A stretch of 64,000 bases of DNA from Patescibacteria group bacterium (GCA_045541795.1 JAZQJV010000009.1:7460-71459); one strand, 5' to 3'. Counted from the stretch's first letter, positions 1 to 8,960 are shown. The notes: generated by a model not told the origin, from the letters alone. Numbers and translations: made by a program.

Positions 1-12
1 CGGCAAAATTGC

Positions 13-166
13 TTAATCTGCAATTTTGTGTGGCACAAAATGCTACACGTGTGGCATTACTTTGCGATTTTCGCCTGGAAAATATATCATAAATTGTGTG
101 GCATTTTGATGCGTTTGTGTGGCACTCGCGTATTAGCGTGTGGCATTTTGAGTACAAAATGTGTAC
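13..166. repeat. 154-bp iteron-like module, copy 1. It holds six direct GTGTGGCA(T) 9-mers plus an 18-bp near-palindrome ATGCTACACGTGTGGCAT. It is nearly identical to 10341..10494.
   Basis: Direct comparison of the two copies shows about 95% identity over 154 bp and a visibly recurring GTGTGGCA motif. Confidence 0.9.
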
Positions 167-167
167 A

Positions 168-2015
168 TTACCAGGAACCGCCCCCGCCTCCTCCACCGCC
201 GCCACCACTCACTCCCCCACCAGAACTGCCGCTGCTACTTGGTGAGGAAGCCATCACGCTGGAAGCATTGGACATCGTAGAGCCGACAAAATGAGCGAAG
301 TGTGCCGCGTCAAAGGCATTGGGCGAACTGTACCAGTCTGGCGGCTCGAGGGCGATGTCGCGGAAACGATCTACCCAGACGCTGGAGACGCCGAGGGCGA
401 AAGTATACGGTAAGATGTTATAAAAGTATGATGGATTTTGCGCGACCAGGGCTTCGAGTTTGGGCTTTTCGGCAGTTTCCAGGAAACGTTTGAAACCACG
501 CACTTTTCCCAGCAGGACGGTGCCTTCATGAGTCGGCCGTCCCATAAACCCTGCAGCTACTAGACAACCAATACTAGCAAAAAGGCCGATCACATCCAAA
601 ACCATAGCTGTGGGCTCATCACTTAGCAGTGGCATGATAAACATAAACCAGATGACCAGCGAAAAGATACTAGCGCCGATCAAGCCGAGCCGGCGATTCC
701 ATGCCGATTTACCCAGGCAAGCGGCAAGGAAGAAACTGCCCACGGCAATGTCGGCGGCGATAATTTCCATGATGGTGTGGCCGTTTTGGACAGCGGGCAC
801 GCCGAGGACGAGATTAAAAGCAAGTAGCGATACAAGCATAAACCAAAGCTGGTAACGGTCGGCGGTAGCATCCCACCAAAGTGACTTTCTTTGCTGAGTC
901 AAAATCGTAGAGACTTTAGCGAGCGTGCGATAAAAGCTGTTTTCTAAATCAGTGCCGTCGACACTGGAGCTGGTGGCAAATAGGCCGTCAAAAAATTCCT
1001 GCTCAGCTTCATTATGGCCGTCGTAATTTTTGAGCCGTTCGATGCGGAACGACTTTTTGCGGCTTTTAAGGCCGGTATCAATAATGCGGACGTAGCCTTT
1101 GTCTGCCAAGTAAAGCAGCAGGGAGACAGAACTATCCGTAGTGACGGCGCCGTGATACGCATAGCCGATCTCTGCAGAATTAAGACCGTCTGGTGGGTAA
1201 AATTCCACCGTTTCCACGACGGGCTCATCGCGACCATACTGTGTCCAAAGCCAGTAGCCGGCGCCAGCAGCTGTCAGAGCAAAAATGACGGATAGAAGGA
1301 CGGGATAATTAAAAGGGAAACCGGCGCCCACAAAATAACCTTCGGGTAAGGTCAGGCGCAGAGTGACGGCTTCACCAGCACTGATGCCTGCCGGGACAGA
1401 GCCAGTGATTTGCTGACCGGTGACAGTATACTCAGCGCGGGACGGATCAATGCTGCCCGCGCGCCCCACGCTCAGGCCGAGGGTAGTAGTTTCAAATTCC
1501 TTGGGCAAAGCGATGGTAAACGTCACCTCGTCCATGCCCACATCCCAGCCGTCGCCGACTAGATTGTAATAGAATTCATCTACATCAGAGAGCGGATCGG
1601 CGCCCGCATTGTAGGTGTATTTGATGACATATTGTTGCGGCCCGATGACGGTTTGCTCTTCATCTCCCAGGCGGATGCGAGTATCTTGCATGGAGCTAGA
1701 AACAGCATACGGCACGTTGGCGGAGATGTGAGTAATCTGGACACGGCTGTTACTAGTAGTGCCATCAGCGCGGACTAAACGCGCTTGGCGCGGCAGAGTG
1801 CGGTAAATGCCGTGGCGAGCCTGGTGAAAATCGACGTCAATGGTTTCGGTGACGGCATAGGTGTTGTTTTCGTGGACGTCGATGTGGACGTCAAAATGAG
1901 TAATGCTATAACCACCGGCAGAAGTAGCAGCTTGGAGCGGAGCAAGGGCAGCGTTCAGGAGAAAGCTGCAGGCCGCAACCAGCGAAAATAGTAAGCGAAA
2001 ACCGCGCTTTATCAT
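168..2015 (-). CDS. DUF2207-family membrane protein. It has an N-terminal signal peptide, C-terminal TM helices and an unusual C-terminal poly-Gly tail.
   Basis: 615-aa ORF with a signal peptide and the typical DUF2207 N-terminal region (YSITHFDVHIDV..IDVDF). Hydrophobic segments lie near residues 400-500. It is adjacent to LemA, as is usual. A Gly10+ run sits at the C-terminus. Confidence 0.7.
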   Translation of the reverse strand: MIKRGFRLLFSLVAACSFLLNAALAPLQAATSAGGYSITHFDVHIDVHENNTYAVTETIDVDFHQARHGIYRTLPRQARLVRADGTTSNSRVQITHISANVPYAVSSSMQDTRIRLGDEEQTVIGPQQYVIKYTYNAGADPLSDVDEFYYNLVGDGWDVGMDEVTFTIALPKEFETTTLGLSVGRAGSIDPSRAEYTVTGQQITGSVPAGISAGEAVTLRLTLPEGYFVGAGFPFNYPVLLSVIFALTAAGAGYWLWTQYGRDEPVVETVEFYPPDGLNSAEIGYAYHGAVTTDSSVSLLLYLADKGYVRIIDTGLKSRKKSFRIERLKNYDGHNEAEQEFFDGLFATSSSVDGTDLENSFYRTLAKVSTILTQQRKSLWWDATADRYQLWFMLVSLLAFNLVLGVPAVQNGHTIMEIIAADIAVGSFFLAACLGKSAWNRRLGLIGASIFSLVIWFMFIMPLLSDEPTAMVLDVIGLFASIGCLVAAGFMGRPTHEGTVLLGKVRGFKRFLETAEKPKLEALVAQNPSYFYNILPYTFALGVSSVWVDRFRDIALEPPDWYSSPNAFDAAHFAHFVGSTMSNASSVMASSPSSSGSSGGGVSGGGGGGGGGGSW

Positions 2016-2018
2016 GAG

Positions 2019-2567
2019 TTATGAGGAAAAATCAACTTTCACATTTTCACGCTCGGCAGCGGCCGCTTCAAACATCTTTTCTGGCTGGAAGCCAAACATG
2101 CCGGCAAAAATGACATTGGGGAAAACTTGTAAGCTATCATTGTAGCTGCGCACGGTGCCGTTGTAATATTTGCGGCTTTGAGCGATGTCGTCTTCGAGCT
2201 TGCCGAGATCGGCTTGGAGCTGACCAAAATTGGTGCTGGCTTTCAGCTCCGGGTAATTTTCAGCGACGGCAATGATTTTACTGATCGCGCCAGAAAGTTT
2301 TTGGTTGAGATCGATTTTATCTTCACTGGAGAGATTATCGTAACTGCCGGAGCGCAGTTCGGTTAATTCCTTGAAAGTGCTTTCTTCATGTTTGGCGTAG
2401 CCTTTTACCGTCTCGACGAGATTGGGAATGAGATCCCAGCGTTTTTTGAGGTAGACATCCATGGTGGAGAAGGCCTCACGCACGAGGTTACGACCTTTGA
2501 CCATGCCATTGTACATAAAGACTAACCAGACTGCGAGAACAGCAACGATGACCAATGCAATAAGCAT
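2019..2567 (-). CDS. lemA: LemA family protein
   Basis: 182 aa with an N-terminal TM helix, then MYNGMVKGRNLVREAFSTMDVYLKKRWDLIPNLVETVKGYAKHE, which is the classic LemA pattern. A TTGACG-17-TAAAAT promoter lies just upstream. Confidence 0.85.
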   Translation of the reverse strand: MLIALVIVAVLAVWLVFMYNGMVKGRNLVREAFSTMDVYLKKRWDLIPNLVETVKGYAKHEESTFKELTELRSGSYDNLSSEDKIDLNQKLSGAISKIIAVAENYPELKASTNFGQLQADLGKLEDDIAQSRKYYNGTVRSYNDSLQVFPNVIFAGMFGFQPEKMFEAAAAERENVKVDFSS

Positions 2568-2644
2568 AATTCCTTTCTGACTACGTGGCTGATTTTATCA
2601 CGACAGTGGCCACTCGTCAAGTAGGAAAATACGTGTGCAACTTA

Positions 2645-2733
2645 TTTGTTTTTGTTTGTACTTTGTTTGTTCACTTTTTCCAGATGTATTTGTTAAACAT
2701 TTGTTTAACATTTGTAAAACGTTTGTAAAACAA
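2645..2733. promoter_or_regulatory. Promoter-upstream repeat module, copy A. It contains tandem AACAAATGTT(T/A) units and a TTCCAGATGT core, and lies 50-130 nt upstream of the lemA promoter.
   Basis: About 85-bp sequence shared with 19415..19497 and 41545..41632. Confidence 0.7.
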
Positions 2734-2758
2734 AAACCCCGCCGGGGCGGGGTGAAAA
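2733..2758 (-). terminator. Rho-independent terminator (CCCCGCC-GG-GGCGGGG hairpin plus T-tract on the minus strand) for pilin gene 2778..3221
   Basis: Perfect 7-bp GC stem followed by TTTTTGTTTT on the minus strand. Confidence 0.8.
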
Positions 2759-2777
2759 TGACTTTTTGTGATTGGTG

Positions 2778-3221
2778 TTAGCCGCTAATACTGACGAATT
2801 TGACGTCTGTGGTATTAAAGGCGAGCGTGAGTACCAGCCGATAGATTGCCCACACGGAGGCGAGTACGAGCAAACCGATAACAGCGTAAAGCATTTTGTT
2901 GCGGGCGGACTCCACTTTACTGGCTTCACCGTCTGACGTAATCCAGCCGATAGCACCCATGATTAAGTAGTAAAGAGCAACCAGCGCCCCAGCCACGATG
3001 ACAATAGTGATCGCACGTTGGATGACGGTGCCCGCATCAGTGGCGACTTTCCAGCCACCGTCCTTAGGAGCAAGACTAGAAACCGTTAGACCGGCGGCAC
3101 CGCCGTCAGCAGCTAAGGCTTGTTTGGGAGATCCAATGGAGGTTGCGCTTAATTGGGTCAGCATCGCGCCCACACTAAGTAGGCTTAGAAAATACTTTTT
3201 CATACTTTTTTTCTTCAACAT
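2778..3221 (-). CDS. VirB2/TrbC-like pilin paralog 1 (signal peptide plus two hydrophobic helices separated by a short charged loop)
   Basis: 147 aa with a signal peptide. Core is IVIVAGALVALYYLIMGAIGWITSDGEASKVESARNKMLYAVIGLLVLASVWAIY. It has its own TTGACA-17-TATAAT promoter and terminator. Confidence 0.6.
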   Translation of the reverse strand: MLKKKSMKKYFLSLLSVGAMLTQLSATSIGSPKQALAADGGAAGLTVSSLAPKDGGWKVATDAGTVIQRAITIVIVAGALVALYYLIMGAIGWITSDGEASKVESARNKMLYAVIGLLVLASVWAIYRLVLTLAFNTTDVKFVSISG

Positions 3222-3300
3222 AGTGTCCTTTTTACACTTGTGTAATTGCTAATTGTAATTATAAGCAAAAAACAGGTACTTGTCAAATAGTAATTATACC

Positions 3301-3325
3301 AAAAACCCCGCCGGGGCGGGGTTTG
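3301..3325 (-). terminator. Rho-independent terminator for pilin gene 3343..3789. The hairpin is identical to the one at 2733..2758.
   Basis: CCCCGCCGGGGCGGGG hairpin followed by a T-run on the minus strand. Confidence 0.8.
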
Positions 3326-3342
3326 AGATGTTTCCCTGTAGA

Positions 3343-3789
3343 TTAGTTAGTGGGGACAGCGACGGTGATGGAACCTGAGTTGGATTGACTATCGACGAAG
3401 CTCTTCATCTTGACGTCGCCGCCAAAAGCAAGTTGGAGCACAAGCTGGAAGATCGCCCAGACAGCCGCAAGGATCAGCAAACCGATAACGGCCGCTGTGA
3501 TCTTATTGCGGGCTTCCTCAACTTTGCCCTTGTCACCGCCAGAAGTGATCCAGGCGATCGCGCCCATGATAAGGTAGAAAAGAGTGAGGAGAGCGGCGAC
3601 CACGATCACCAAGGTGATGATAGTGCGGATCAGTGTAGAAGCGTTAGTAGCGACATTAACGCCATCTGGAGTAGTAGTGTTGGTGCCGAGCAAATTATCG
3701 TTGGCAGCGCCGACGTTACTCACTACACCCGCACCCACCACTAATGCCGCGGCAGACGCAAGAGCAGCTTTTTGCAAAAAATTTTTCAT
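3343..3789 (-). CDS. VirB2/TrbC-like pilin paralog 2
   Basis: 148 aa with a signal peptide. Core is LVIVVAALLTLFYLIMGAIAWITSGGDKGKVEEARNKITAAVIGLLILAAVWAIFQL. Promoter TTGACA-18-TACAAT with RBS AGAAAGG. Confidence 0.6.
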   Translation of the reverse strand: MKNFLQKAALASAAALVVGAGVVSNVGAANDNLLGTNTTTPDGVNVATNASTLIRTIITLVIVVAALLTLFYLIMGAIAWITSGGDKGKVEEARNKITAAVIGLLILAAVWAIFQLVLQLAFGGDVKMKSFVDSQSNSGSITVAVPTN

Positions 3790-3885
3790 GCTTTGCCTTT
3801 CTAAATTTTTGCTTTTTTCATTTGGAATGATTGTAACATAATAATTTCTACTTTGTCAAGCGGGGAAAAATGTGGTTTTATGGTC

Positions 3886-3916
3886 TTGACAAAAACGAAA
3901 ATTGTGATATAATATT
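3886..3916 (+). promoter_or_regulatory. Canonical sigma70-type promoter (TTGACA-16-TATAAT with extended TGTG), divergent from the pilin-2 promoter
   Basis: cTTGACAaaaacgaaaattgtgaTATAAT read directly in the sequence. Confidence 0.65.
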
Positions 3917-3919
3917 ACT

Positions 3920-3992
3920 ATATTTAGTCGAGGTTAATCTCGATTCGGGAATACCCGCGGCCCCCTTGTCATTGGCAAGGGGGAGTATTTTT
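3920..3992 (+). ncRNA. Candidate ~70-nt small RNA. It runs from the promoter above to an intrinsic terminator, contains two hairpins, and is antisense to the last codons of the MazF-like gene.
   Basis: The promoter at 3886-3913 is followed by hairpin TCGAGgttaatCTCGA, then a GC hairpin CCCCCTTGtcattgGCAAGGGGG plus TATTTTT. No ORF is present. Confidence 0.35.
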
Positions 3993-4388
3993 AAAGATAA
4001 GTTTTTGAAAGCTCTCTTTTACTAGTTCTAGGTCGTTTTGAGGAACTTGCCCCATGCGATCTGCTAAACGCAAAACGCTGAACGTCCTAGATTGAGACAA
4101 GAGCGCAGTCTGTTTTTTGTTTTTGAAGTCGAAGGATTGATACCACGGCCCGTTTTTGGCGCGGCTGCTAAGCGGAATTCCTAAGAAGTGACTTCGGCCA
4201 AATTTCCGTATGATAAGAACCGGCCTGACATATCGCTTTCCTTTGCCATAAACTTCGACTCCTAAGTTATATCCCACATGACACCACCAGACTTCACCCT
4301 CCTTAAAATAAGGCATGTTCTTCTTGCGTGCGAGTACATTCTTTATCTGCGCCCATTCATCTAATAGTATTGCTTGCTCTTCAATCAT
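3969..4388 (-). CDS. PemK/MazF-family endoribonuclease toxin-like protein (orphan, with no adjacent antitoxin gene)
   Basis: 139 aa. Core is GEVWWCHVGYNLGVEVYGKGKRYVRPVLIIRKF, matching the MazF/PemK signature G-E-[VI]-W...G.E..G.RPVL[VI][IL]. A leaderless promoter, TGGTATAAT, lies 7 nt upstream of the ATG. Confidence 0.55.
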   Translation of the reverse strand: MIEEQAILLDEWAQIKNVLARKKNMPYFKEGEVWWCHVGYNLGVEVYGKGKRYVRPVLIIRKFGRSHFLGIPLSSRAKNGPWYQSFDFKNKKQTALLSQSRTFSVLRLADRMGQVPQNDLELVKESFQKLIFKNTPPCQ

Positions 4389-4525
4389 CTTGTGTATTAT
4401 ACCATAAGAGTATAGTTTTATATAATGTGATCGGATGGTAGTCTATAATACAGCGGCCCCTTGATTGCTCAAGAGGACGCTGTTTAATTGCACTAAGTAT
4501 ACCATATGTTTTCGCTTTTGTCAAA

Positions 4526-4556
4526 AAACGCAAACTCCCCGGACGAAGCCGGGGAG
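4526..4556 (-). terminator. Rho-independent terminator (CTCCCCGGcttcgtCCGGGGAG plus T-tract) for gene 4611..5630
   Basis: Hairpin plus TTTGCGTTTTTT on the minus strand. Confidence 0.7.
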
Positions 4557-4610
4557 GAAAAACAAACGAATGAACTGAGAATGGGCGCAAAAGGTCAAGA
4601 AAAAAAACTA

Positions 4611-5630
4611 CTACTTCCTGCCTTTTTTTGCAGCCTTTTTGGGAGCTGCTTTTTTGCCGGTATTGGTGCGTTCGGGGAGAGGCTTGCCGCTCTGGTCGAG
4701 GCGGACAAGCGTAGGTACACCGTTTGCAAACTGCGGTTTTTCAGGAAGATACCTGGTCAGAGTGCGGAACTTGCCCTCAAGGAGCAGTCGATCACAGATC
4801 AAATCTGCATCGACTTTCTCTCCGGGCTGTGCCAAGTAGATGGCAAAGTACGACGGATCCCCTTGCCGCTTATAGCCTTCCTTTTGAAGGTCGCGACCAT
4901 GTTCCATCTCGTCCTGAAGCCACTCACGAGGGGTCATGTAGATATAGTTGAGTGCCGCCTCGTCGAAGCCTTCACGAAGATTGCCGCCCTTGCCGTAAGT
5001 CAAAAATCCGCCGCCGTCTGTCGTAGTGTCGTTGTCGTCGAGAGTTTTGCGTCCCCTAAAATCTATGAGGACGTTGAACCAAACTTTCATTGAGGTTCCG
5101 TTGTTGTCTTTGCACTGCATGGTTCTCTGGCTCGACACAACGATTCCGTAAACCACTCGCTTGGCGCTGGAACCCATCGGACTCCAGATCGAGCTAGAAC
5201 CGTCAGACATACCGTTGATGTCCGTGACAGGCCAGACACGACGCGCGCCGGCAAACAGATACTTCCTGTCGCCAGGGCGATACTTCCCGTGACCCTGAAA
5301 GACGTTGACAAGTCTCTGTCCGTCCCCGTCTCGGAGCCAGACCTTCACGAACTGAAGGTCGCGTTCCTCATCGCCTTCGCGATATCCTGCAGCCTCGGCC
5401 TCGGATACCGGAATGTAATAAGGATCGACCCCAGCCGCTTCCAAGATCTCGGCTGCTTCCTCAATGGAGATTCCCTTTGACTCGGCAAGCTTAGCTGCCG
5501 GCCATTCCGGATTCACATCTTTGGAGACAGTCATCTCCGCGGTCTCAACATCCGCCGATTCTGCTGCAAACGAAGCCGAAACCGTAAGAACGAGCGCGAA
5601 AACCAAAACTAAACCGAATACCTTTTTCAT
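4611..5630 (-). CDS. Secreted hypothetical protein (signal peptide, Lys/Ala-rich C-terminal tail). Its ~255-nt 5' leader runs from the promoter at 5897..5944.
   Basis: ORF with GGAGG RBS 7 nt before the ATG at 5630. N-terminus MKKVFGLVLVFALVLTVSASFAAE is a signal peptide. C-terminal KKAAPKKAAKKGRK. No family recognised. Confidence 0.6.
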   Translation of the reverse strand: MKKVFGLVLVFALVLTVSASFAAESADVETAEMTVSKDVNPEWPAAKLAESKGISIEEAAEILEAAGVDPYYIPVSEAEAAGYREGDEERDLQFVKVWLRDGDGQRLVNVFQGHGKYRPGDRKYLFAGARRVWPVTDINGMSDGSSSIWSPMGSSAKRVVYGIVVSSQRTMQCKDNNGTSMKVWFNVLIDFRGRKTLDDNDTTTDGGGFLTYGKGGNLREGFDEAALNYIYMTPREWLQDEMEHGRDLQKEGYKRQGDPSYFAIYLAQPGEKVDADLICDRLLLEGKFRTLTRYLPEKPQFANGVPTLVRLDQSGKPLPERTNTGKKAAPKKAAKKGRK

Positions 5631-5896
5631 GATACATACCTCCTGACCCCCGATAAGGGGCTGCCCCGAATGGGGACTTAGAATGTTGGTGCTCACTTTG
5701 AGAGCTACCGTCCACCCCTCGAGTACCCTCAAGTGGCAAACGGTAATTCCCAAAGCGGCTACCAGCGGTAGCATCACGAATAACCATTTCTCATTTCATT
5801 TGTTTGTTAAAGGGCGCCAAGTAAACTCGGCACTGTCTTGGTTTCCGTGTCCACTGTATGAGTGCTTCACCCATAAGCGGACTTATCGTGACCAAA

Positions 5897-5944
5897 ACAC
5901 CTATATTATATCACACTATGTCAATTTTGTCAAGAGGCAATTTC
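5897..5944 (-). promoter_or_regulatory. Repeated promoter cassette copy 1 (minus strand: TTGACA-17-TATAAT). It is embedded at the 3' end of the esterase gene and drives the long-leader gene 4611..5630.
   Basis: Reverse complement reads cctggaaattgcctcTTGACAaaattgacatagtgtgaTATAATatag. It is near-identical to the cassettes at 43805..43852 and 52060..52108. Confidence 0.7.
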
Positions 5945-6955
5945 CAGGCGGAAGAGCAGTGGAAAGGCATTATAGACCATTTCCCAAATGGCGATCATAT
6001 CGTGCTCGCCCTCGGGCTTGATAAAGTAGACGAGCCTGTCTGGCGTGAAGGTCTGGTGGCGGCGCATGAGTTCCATGAGCTGACTATCTATCTGGCGGTA
6101 AAAAATATCTTTGGTGCCGTTGGTCTGGATAATGAGGAAAGGGTGCGGGCCGGCTTGGGCGGTGCGCTCGAGGACGTCGGCGGTTTCCCAGGTACGTTCA
6201 TAGCCACCGTTTTGAGTGATTGTCCAACTGTCGCCGCTTATAGGTACAAAGTAGGCAAAAAGATCAAGCGCTGACTCAAATTCATACCAGGTGGCCACCG
6301 CCCCCAGCGAGAAACCACTAAAGGCGCGGTGGAGACGACTGGCGGCTAATCCTGCCGGCGTGGTGTCGGCGGCAAAAGTGCGGTAATGGCTTTCGACCGC
6401 TGGGAGGAGATCGGCGCGGACTTCTTGGCGGAAGGCAGTGATTTCCTCGATAGAGCGGTCATAATCTTGGGAAGAGTTGTCTCGATCAAAGGTAAGCGAG
6501 ACGACGATAACGGGCGACAGGCGGCCAGAATTGATCAGGTGATCGAGTAAGTGCGGTGTACCAGCGTCTCCGAGCGTGAGAAATTCCCTATTGGTCATTT
6601 GCCAGCCGTGCAACCAGTAAATAATGTCATAGCGGGTGGCGGGGTCATCGTCGTATCCAGGCGGGAGATAGACGAGAGCGGTCTTAGTGATGGCGGAAGG
6701 CGAAGCCTGGGTGTAATCGCGTGTCTGATAGGAAAAGGTTTCCACGCGGCCGGCGGGCGAGGCTTCCTGGAAAAATTCGGCCGGGACGGGCTGAGACGCG
6801 CGCGGGCGGACTTGAGACGGAGGGAGGGTAGCTGGCGCACTTGACGGGGGGAGTGATAATGACTGGCGGTGGGCGTGCGCCAAGATGAAGGCAATAGCCA
6901 GGAAAGCCGTGAGGATGAGGGCGGAAAGCAGCGAAATGAGACCGTTTTTCTTCAT
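5930..6955 (-). CDS. Secreted alpha/beta-hydrolase (putative esterase family, PF00756-like)
   Basis: LPPGYDDDPATRYDIIYWLHGW plus a GxSxG motif (GFSLG). N-terminal TM or signal sequence. Leaderless TGTTATAAT promoter 6 nt upstream of the ATG at 6955. Confidence 0.75.
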   Translation of the reverse strand: MKKNGLISLLSALILTAFLAIAFILAHAHRQSLSLPPSSAPATLPPSQVRPRASQPVPAEFFQEASPAGRVETFSYQTRDYTQASPSAITKTALVYLPPGYDDDPATRYDIIYWLHGWQMTNREFLTLGDAGTPHLLDHLINSGRLSPVIVVSLTFDRDNSSQDYDRSIEEITAFRQEVRADLLPAVESHYRTFAADTTPAGLAASRLHRAFSGFSLGAVATWYEFESALDLFAYFVPISGDSWTITQNGGYERTWETADVLERTAQAGPHPFLIIQTNGTKDIFYRQIDSQLMELMRRHQTFTPDRLVYFIKPEGEHDMIAIWEMVYNAFPLLFRLEIAS

Positions 6956-6977
6956 GAATTGATTATAACATAATTGC

Positions 6978-8954
6978 TTAGCGGTGTAAAAGGGCCCGAG
7001 CATCAATATCGCCGTCTAAAAATTCATCCAGCTGCGAGTCGGAAGTATCCAGAGTAAGCCCGGAATCACCAAGCGGGATGGCGGCGGAGACTGAAGGCTT
7101 GGGGCTTTTCCAGGGGAAAGGGCGGGCATGACTATTATCTTCAAAATGAGTGACCTCCAGGAGGGCGGGATCGAGATCATCGAGGAAACGGCTGCGAGTC
7201 ACGCCGCTCATGCCAGAATACGTCCAGCGGCGGTGACAATACGTGAAGTAAAGCTGATTTTTGGCTCGGGTGATGCCCACATAACAGAGTCGACGTTCTT
7301 CAGAGAGCTGTTCGGGATCCCAGAGAGAACGGGAATGCGGGAGGAGGTTTTCTTCCATGCCGACGAGGAAAACGGTGTCAAATTCTAGGCCCTTGGCGGA
7401 GTGCAGACTCATGAGTGTGACCTGAGCACGGTTATCGTCATCGCTGCGTTTGCCGTCTGGGCCATAATCGTCTTGAATGAGAGCGACATTTTCTAAAAAC
7501 TGATCCGTGGACGAGAACTGATTGGCGTTGGCCAGGAACTCATCGATATTTTCTAAGTGGACAAAATCTTCCGGATCATCGGCATCAAAACGATCGCGGT
7601 ATTTGGTGACGGCCAAAATGTCACGAAGCAGGTCAGCGGGCTTGGCGTCGGCGCTGTCCAGGTTGGCGGAAAACTCTTCTCGCCAAGCCAAGTAGGCGGC
7701 ATAGCGGCGCTTGCCGATTTTTTGCACCCGAGCGATGGAAACGGATTCTTTGGGGTTGACGTAAAGCCGTAAGTAGGCCAACAGATCTTTAATTTCTTTG
7801 CGCTCGTAGAATTTAAAGCCGCCCACCAGACGGTAAGGAATGGCGGCGCGTGTCAGCGCTTCTTCAAAAGCGCGCGACTGAGCATTGGTACGGTATAAAA
7901 TCGCGATGTCATCAAGGCTGTGACCTTGAGTTTGCAGGTGGGCAATTTCCTTGGCGACACTGGCCGCTTCCATGTCGCCGGTCTCGCAGTCAAAAAGTTG
8001 TAAGGGTGTGGTTTCTTTTTTGTCCGTCCATAATTGAAGGATGGGGTGATCGGTATTGTGCTGGATGACCTGTGTGGCGGCCGTGAGGATAGGCTGGATG
8101 CTGCGGTAATTTTGATCGAGGTGATAGGTTTGGATGGCGGGATAGTCCGTCTGGAGGCGCAGCATATTGTGATAATCAGCGCCGCGCCAAGCATAAATGC
8201 TCTGGCTGAAATCGCCCACGGCAAAAAGGTTGTCTTGAGGGGCAGCCAGGATCTGGCCAAGCTGATACTGAGCGGAATTAGTATCCTGATACTCGTCGAT
8301 AAGGACATGAGTGATTTGCTCCTGGTAATGGCGGCGGACATGAGCGTCTTGCTGGAGAAGTCTAAGGGCATAGTTGAGCAAGTCATCAAAATCCAAGGCG
8401 TCTTCGAGCTTGAGATTCATCTGGTAGGATGTGTAGGCGTCAGCGACAAAGCGGCTAAAATCGCCGTATGCCTGGTCGCGGTATTTTTCCGGGCTGAGGA
8501 GCTTGTTTTTGGCGTCAGAAATGGCTGCGCGGACGGCCTGAGGTTTGTAGGCTTTGGCATCCCAGCCGTTCCTTTTGTAGAGTTCTTTGAGCAGAGCGAG
8601 CTGATCATCGGCGTCGTAAATCGTGAAGTTGTGTGGAAGTTTGATCGCCGGGCCGTACTGACGTAAAATTTTGCACGAAAGTGAGTGAAAAGTACCAGAA
8701 AACGGTAAATCTAAGCCCGTGAGGGATTGCACCCGGGCTTTCATCTCGGCGGCGGCTTTATTGGTAAACGTCACCAGTAAAATCTGCTCGGGGTAAGCCT
8801 TTTTTGTGGCTAGCAAATAGGCGACACGAGCCGTGAGAACGCGAGTTTTGCCGGAGCCAGCGCCAGCCAAGACGAGAGCCGGACCATCACCGTGCTCTAC
8901 AGCCTGGCGCTGCTGACCATTAAGAGTCTCGAGGAAACCCAGATCCGGTATCAT
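6978..8954 (-). CDS. uvrD: UvrD/PcrA-family ATP-dependent DNA helicase
   Basis: 658 aa. N-terminus LNGQQRQAVEHGDGPALVLAGAGSGKTRVLTARVAYLL (Walker A, helicase motif I). Q-motif and other SF1 motifs are present. Confidence 0.9.
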   Translation of the reverse strand: MIPDLGFLETLNGQQRQAVEHGDGPALVLAGAGSGKTRVLTARVAYLLATKKAYPEQILLVTFTNKAAAEMKARVQSLTGLDLPFSGTFHSLSCKILRQYGPAIKLPHNFTIYDADDQLALLKELYKRNGWDAKAYKPQAVRAAISDAKNKLLSPEKYRDQAYGDFSRFVADAYTSYQMNLKLEDALDFDDLLNYALRLLQQDAHVRRHYQEQITHVLIDEYQDTNSAQYQLGQILAAPQDNLFAVGDFSQSIYAWRGADYHNMLRLQTDYPAIQTYHLDQNYRSIQPILTAATQVIQHNTDHPILQLWTDKKETTPLQLFDCETGDMEAASVAKEIAHLQTQGHSLDDIAILYRTNAQSRAFEEALTRAAIPYRLVGGFKFYERKEIKDLLAYLRLYVNPKESVSIARVQKIGKRRYAAYLAWREEFSANLDSADAKPADLLRDILAVTKYRDRFDADDPEDFVHLENIDEFLANANQFSSTDQFLENVALIQDDYGPDGKRSDDDNRAQVTLMSLHSAKGLEFDTVFLVGMEENLLPHSRSLWDPEQLSEERRLCYVGITRAKNQLYFTYCHRRWTYSGMSGVTRSRFLDDLDPALLEVTHFEDNSHARPFPWKSPKPSVSAAIPLGDSGLTLDTSDSQLDEFLDGDIDARALLHR

Positions 8955-8960
8955 TGACTT

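Noticed and set aside
13-166. oriC (DnaA-box cluster) or parS site
   Set aside because: The 9-mer GTGTGGCA(T) shares only CCACA with the TTATCCACA DnaA box. The CACGTG palindrome differs from parS (TGTTTCACGTGAAACA) at 5 of 10 flanking positions. No dnaA, dnaN or parAB lies nearby.
28-294. 88-aa plus-strand ORF (MWHKMLHVWHY..PPPPPPPPPP)
   Set aside because: It lies inside the GTGTGGCA repeat and is antisense to the DUF2207 poly-Gly codons. Its composition is an artefact of the repeat.
4381-4590. 69-aa ORF overlapping the mazF-like start as a candidate antitoxin
   Set aside because: Its sequence is Pro/Arg-rich and low-complexity. The region is better explained as the leaderless promoter (TGGTATAAT) of the toxin gene plus the terminator of the upstream gene.
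5631-5896. Specific riboswitch class in the 255-nt leader of gene 4611..5630
   Set aside because: By eye I could not match the TPP, cobalamin, c-di-GMP, glycine, fluoride, ZTP or SAM consensus cores. Only a generic structured-leader claim is made.
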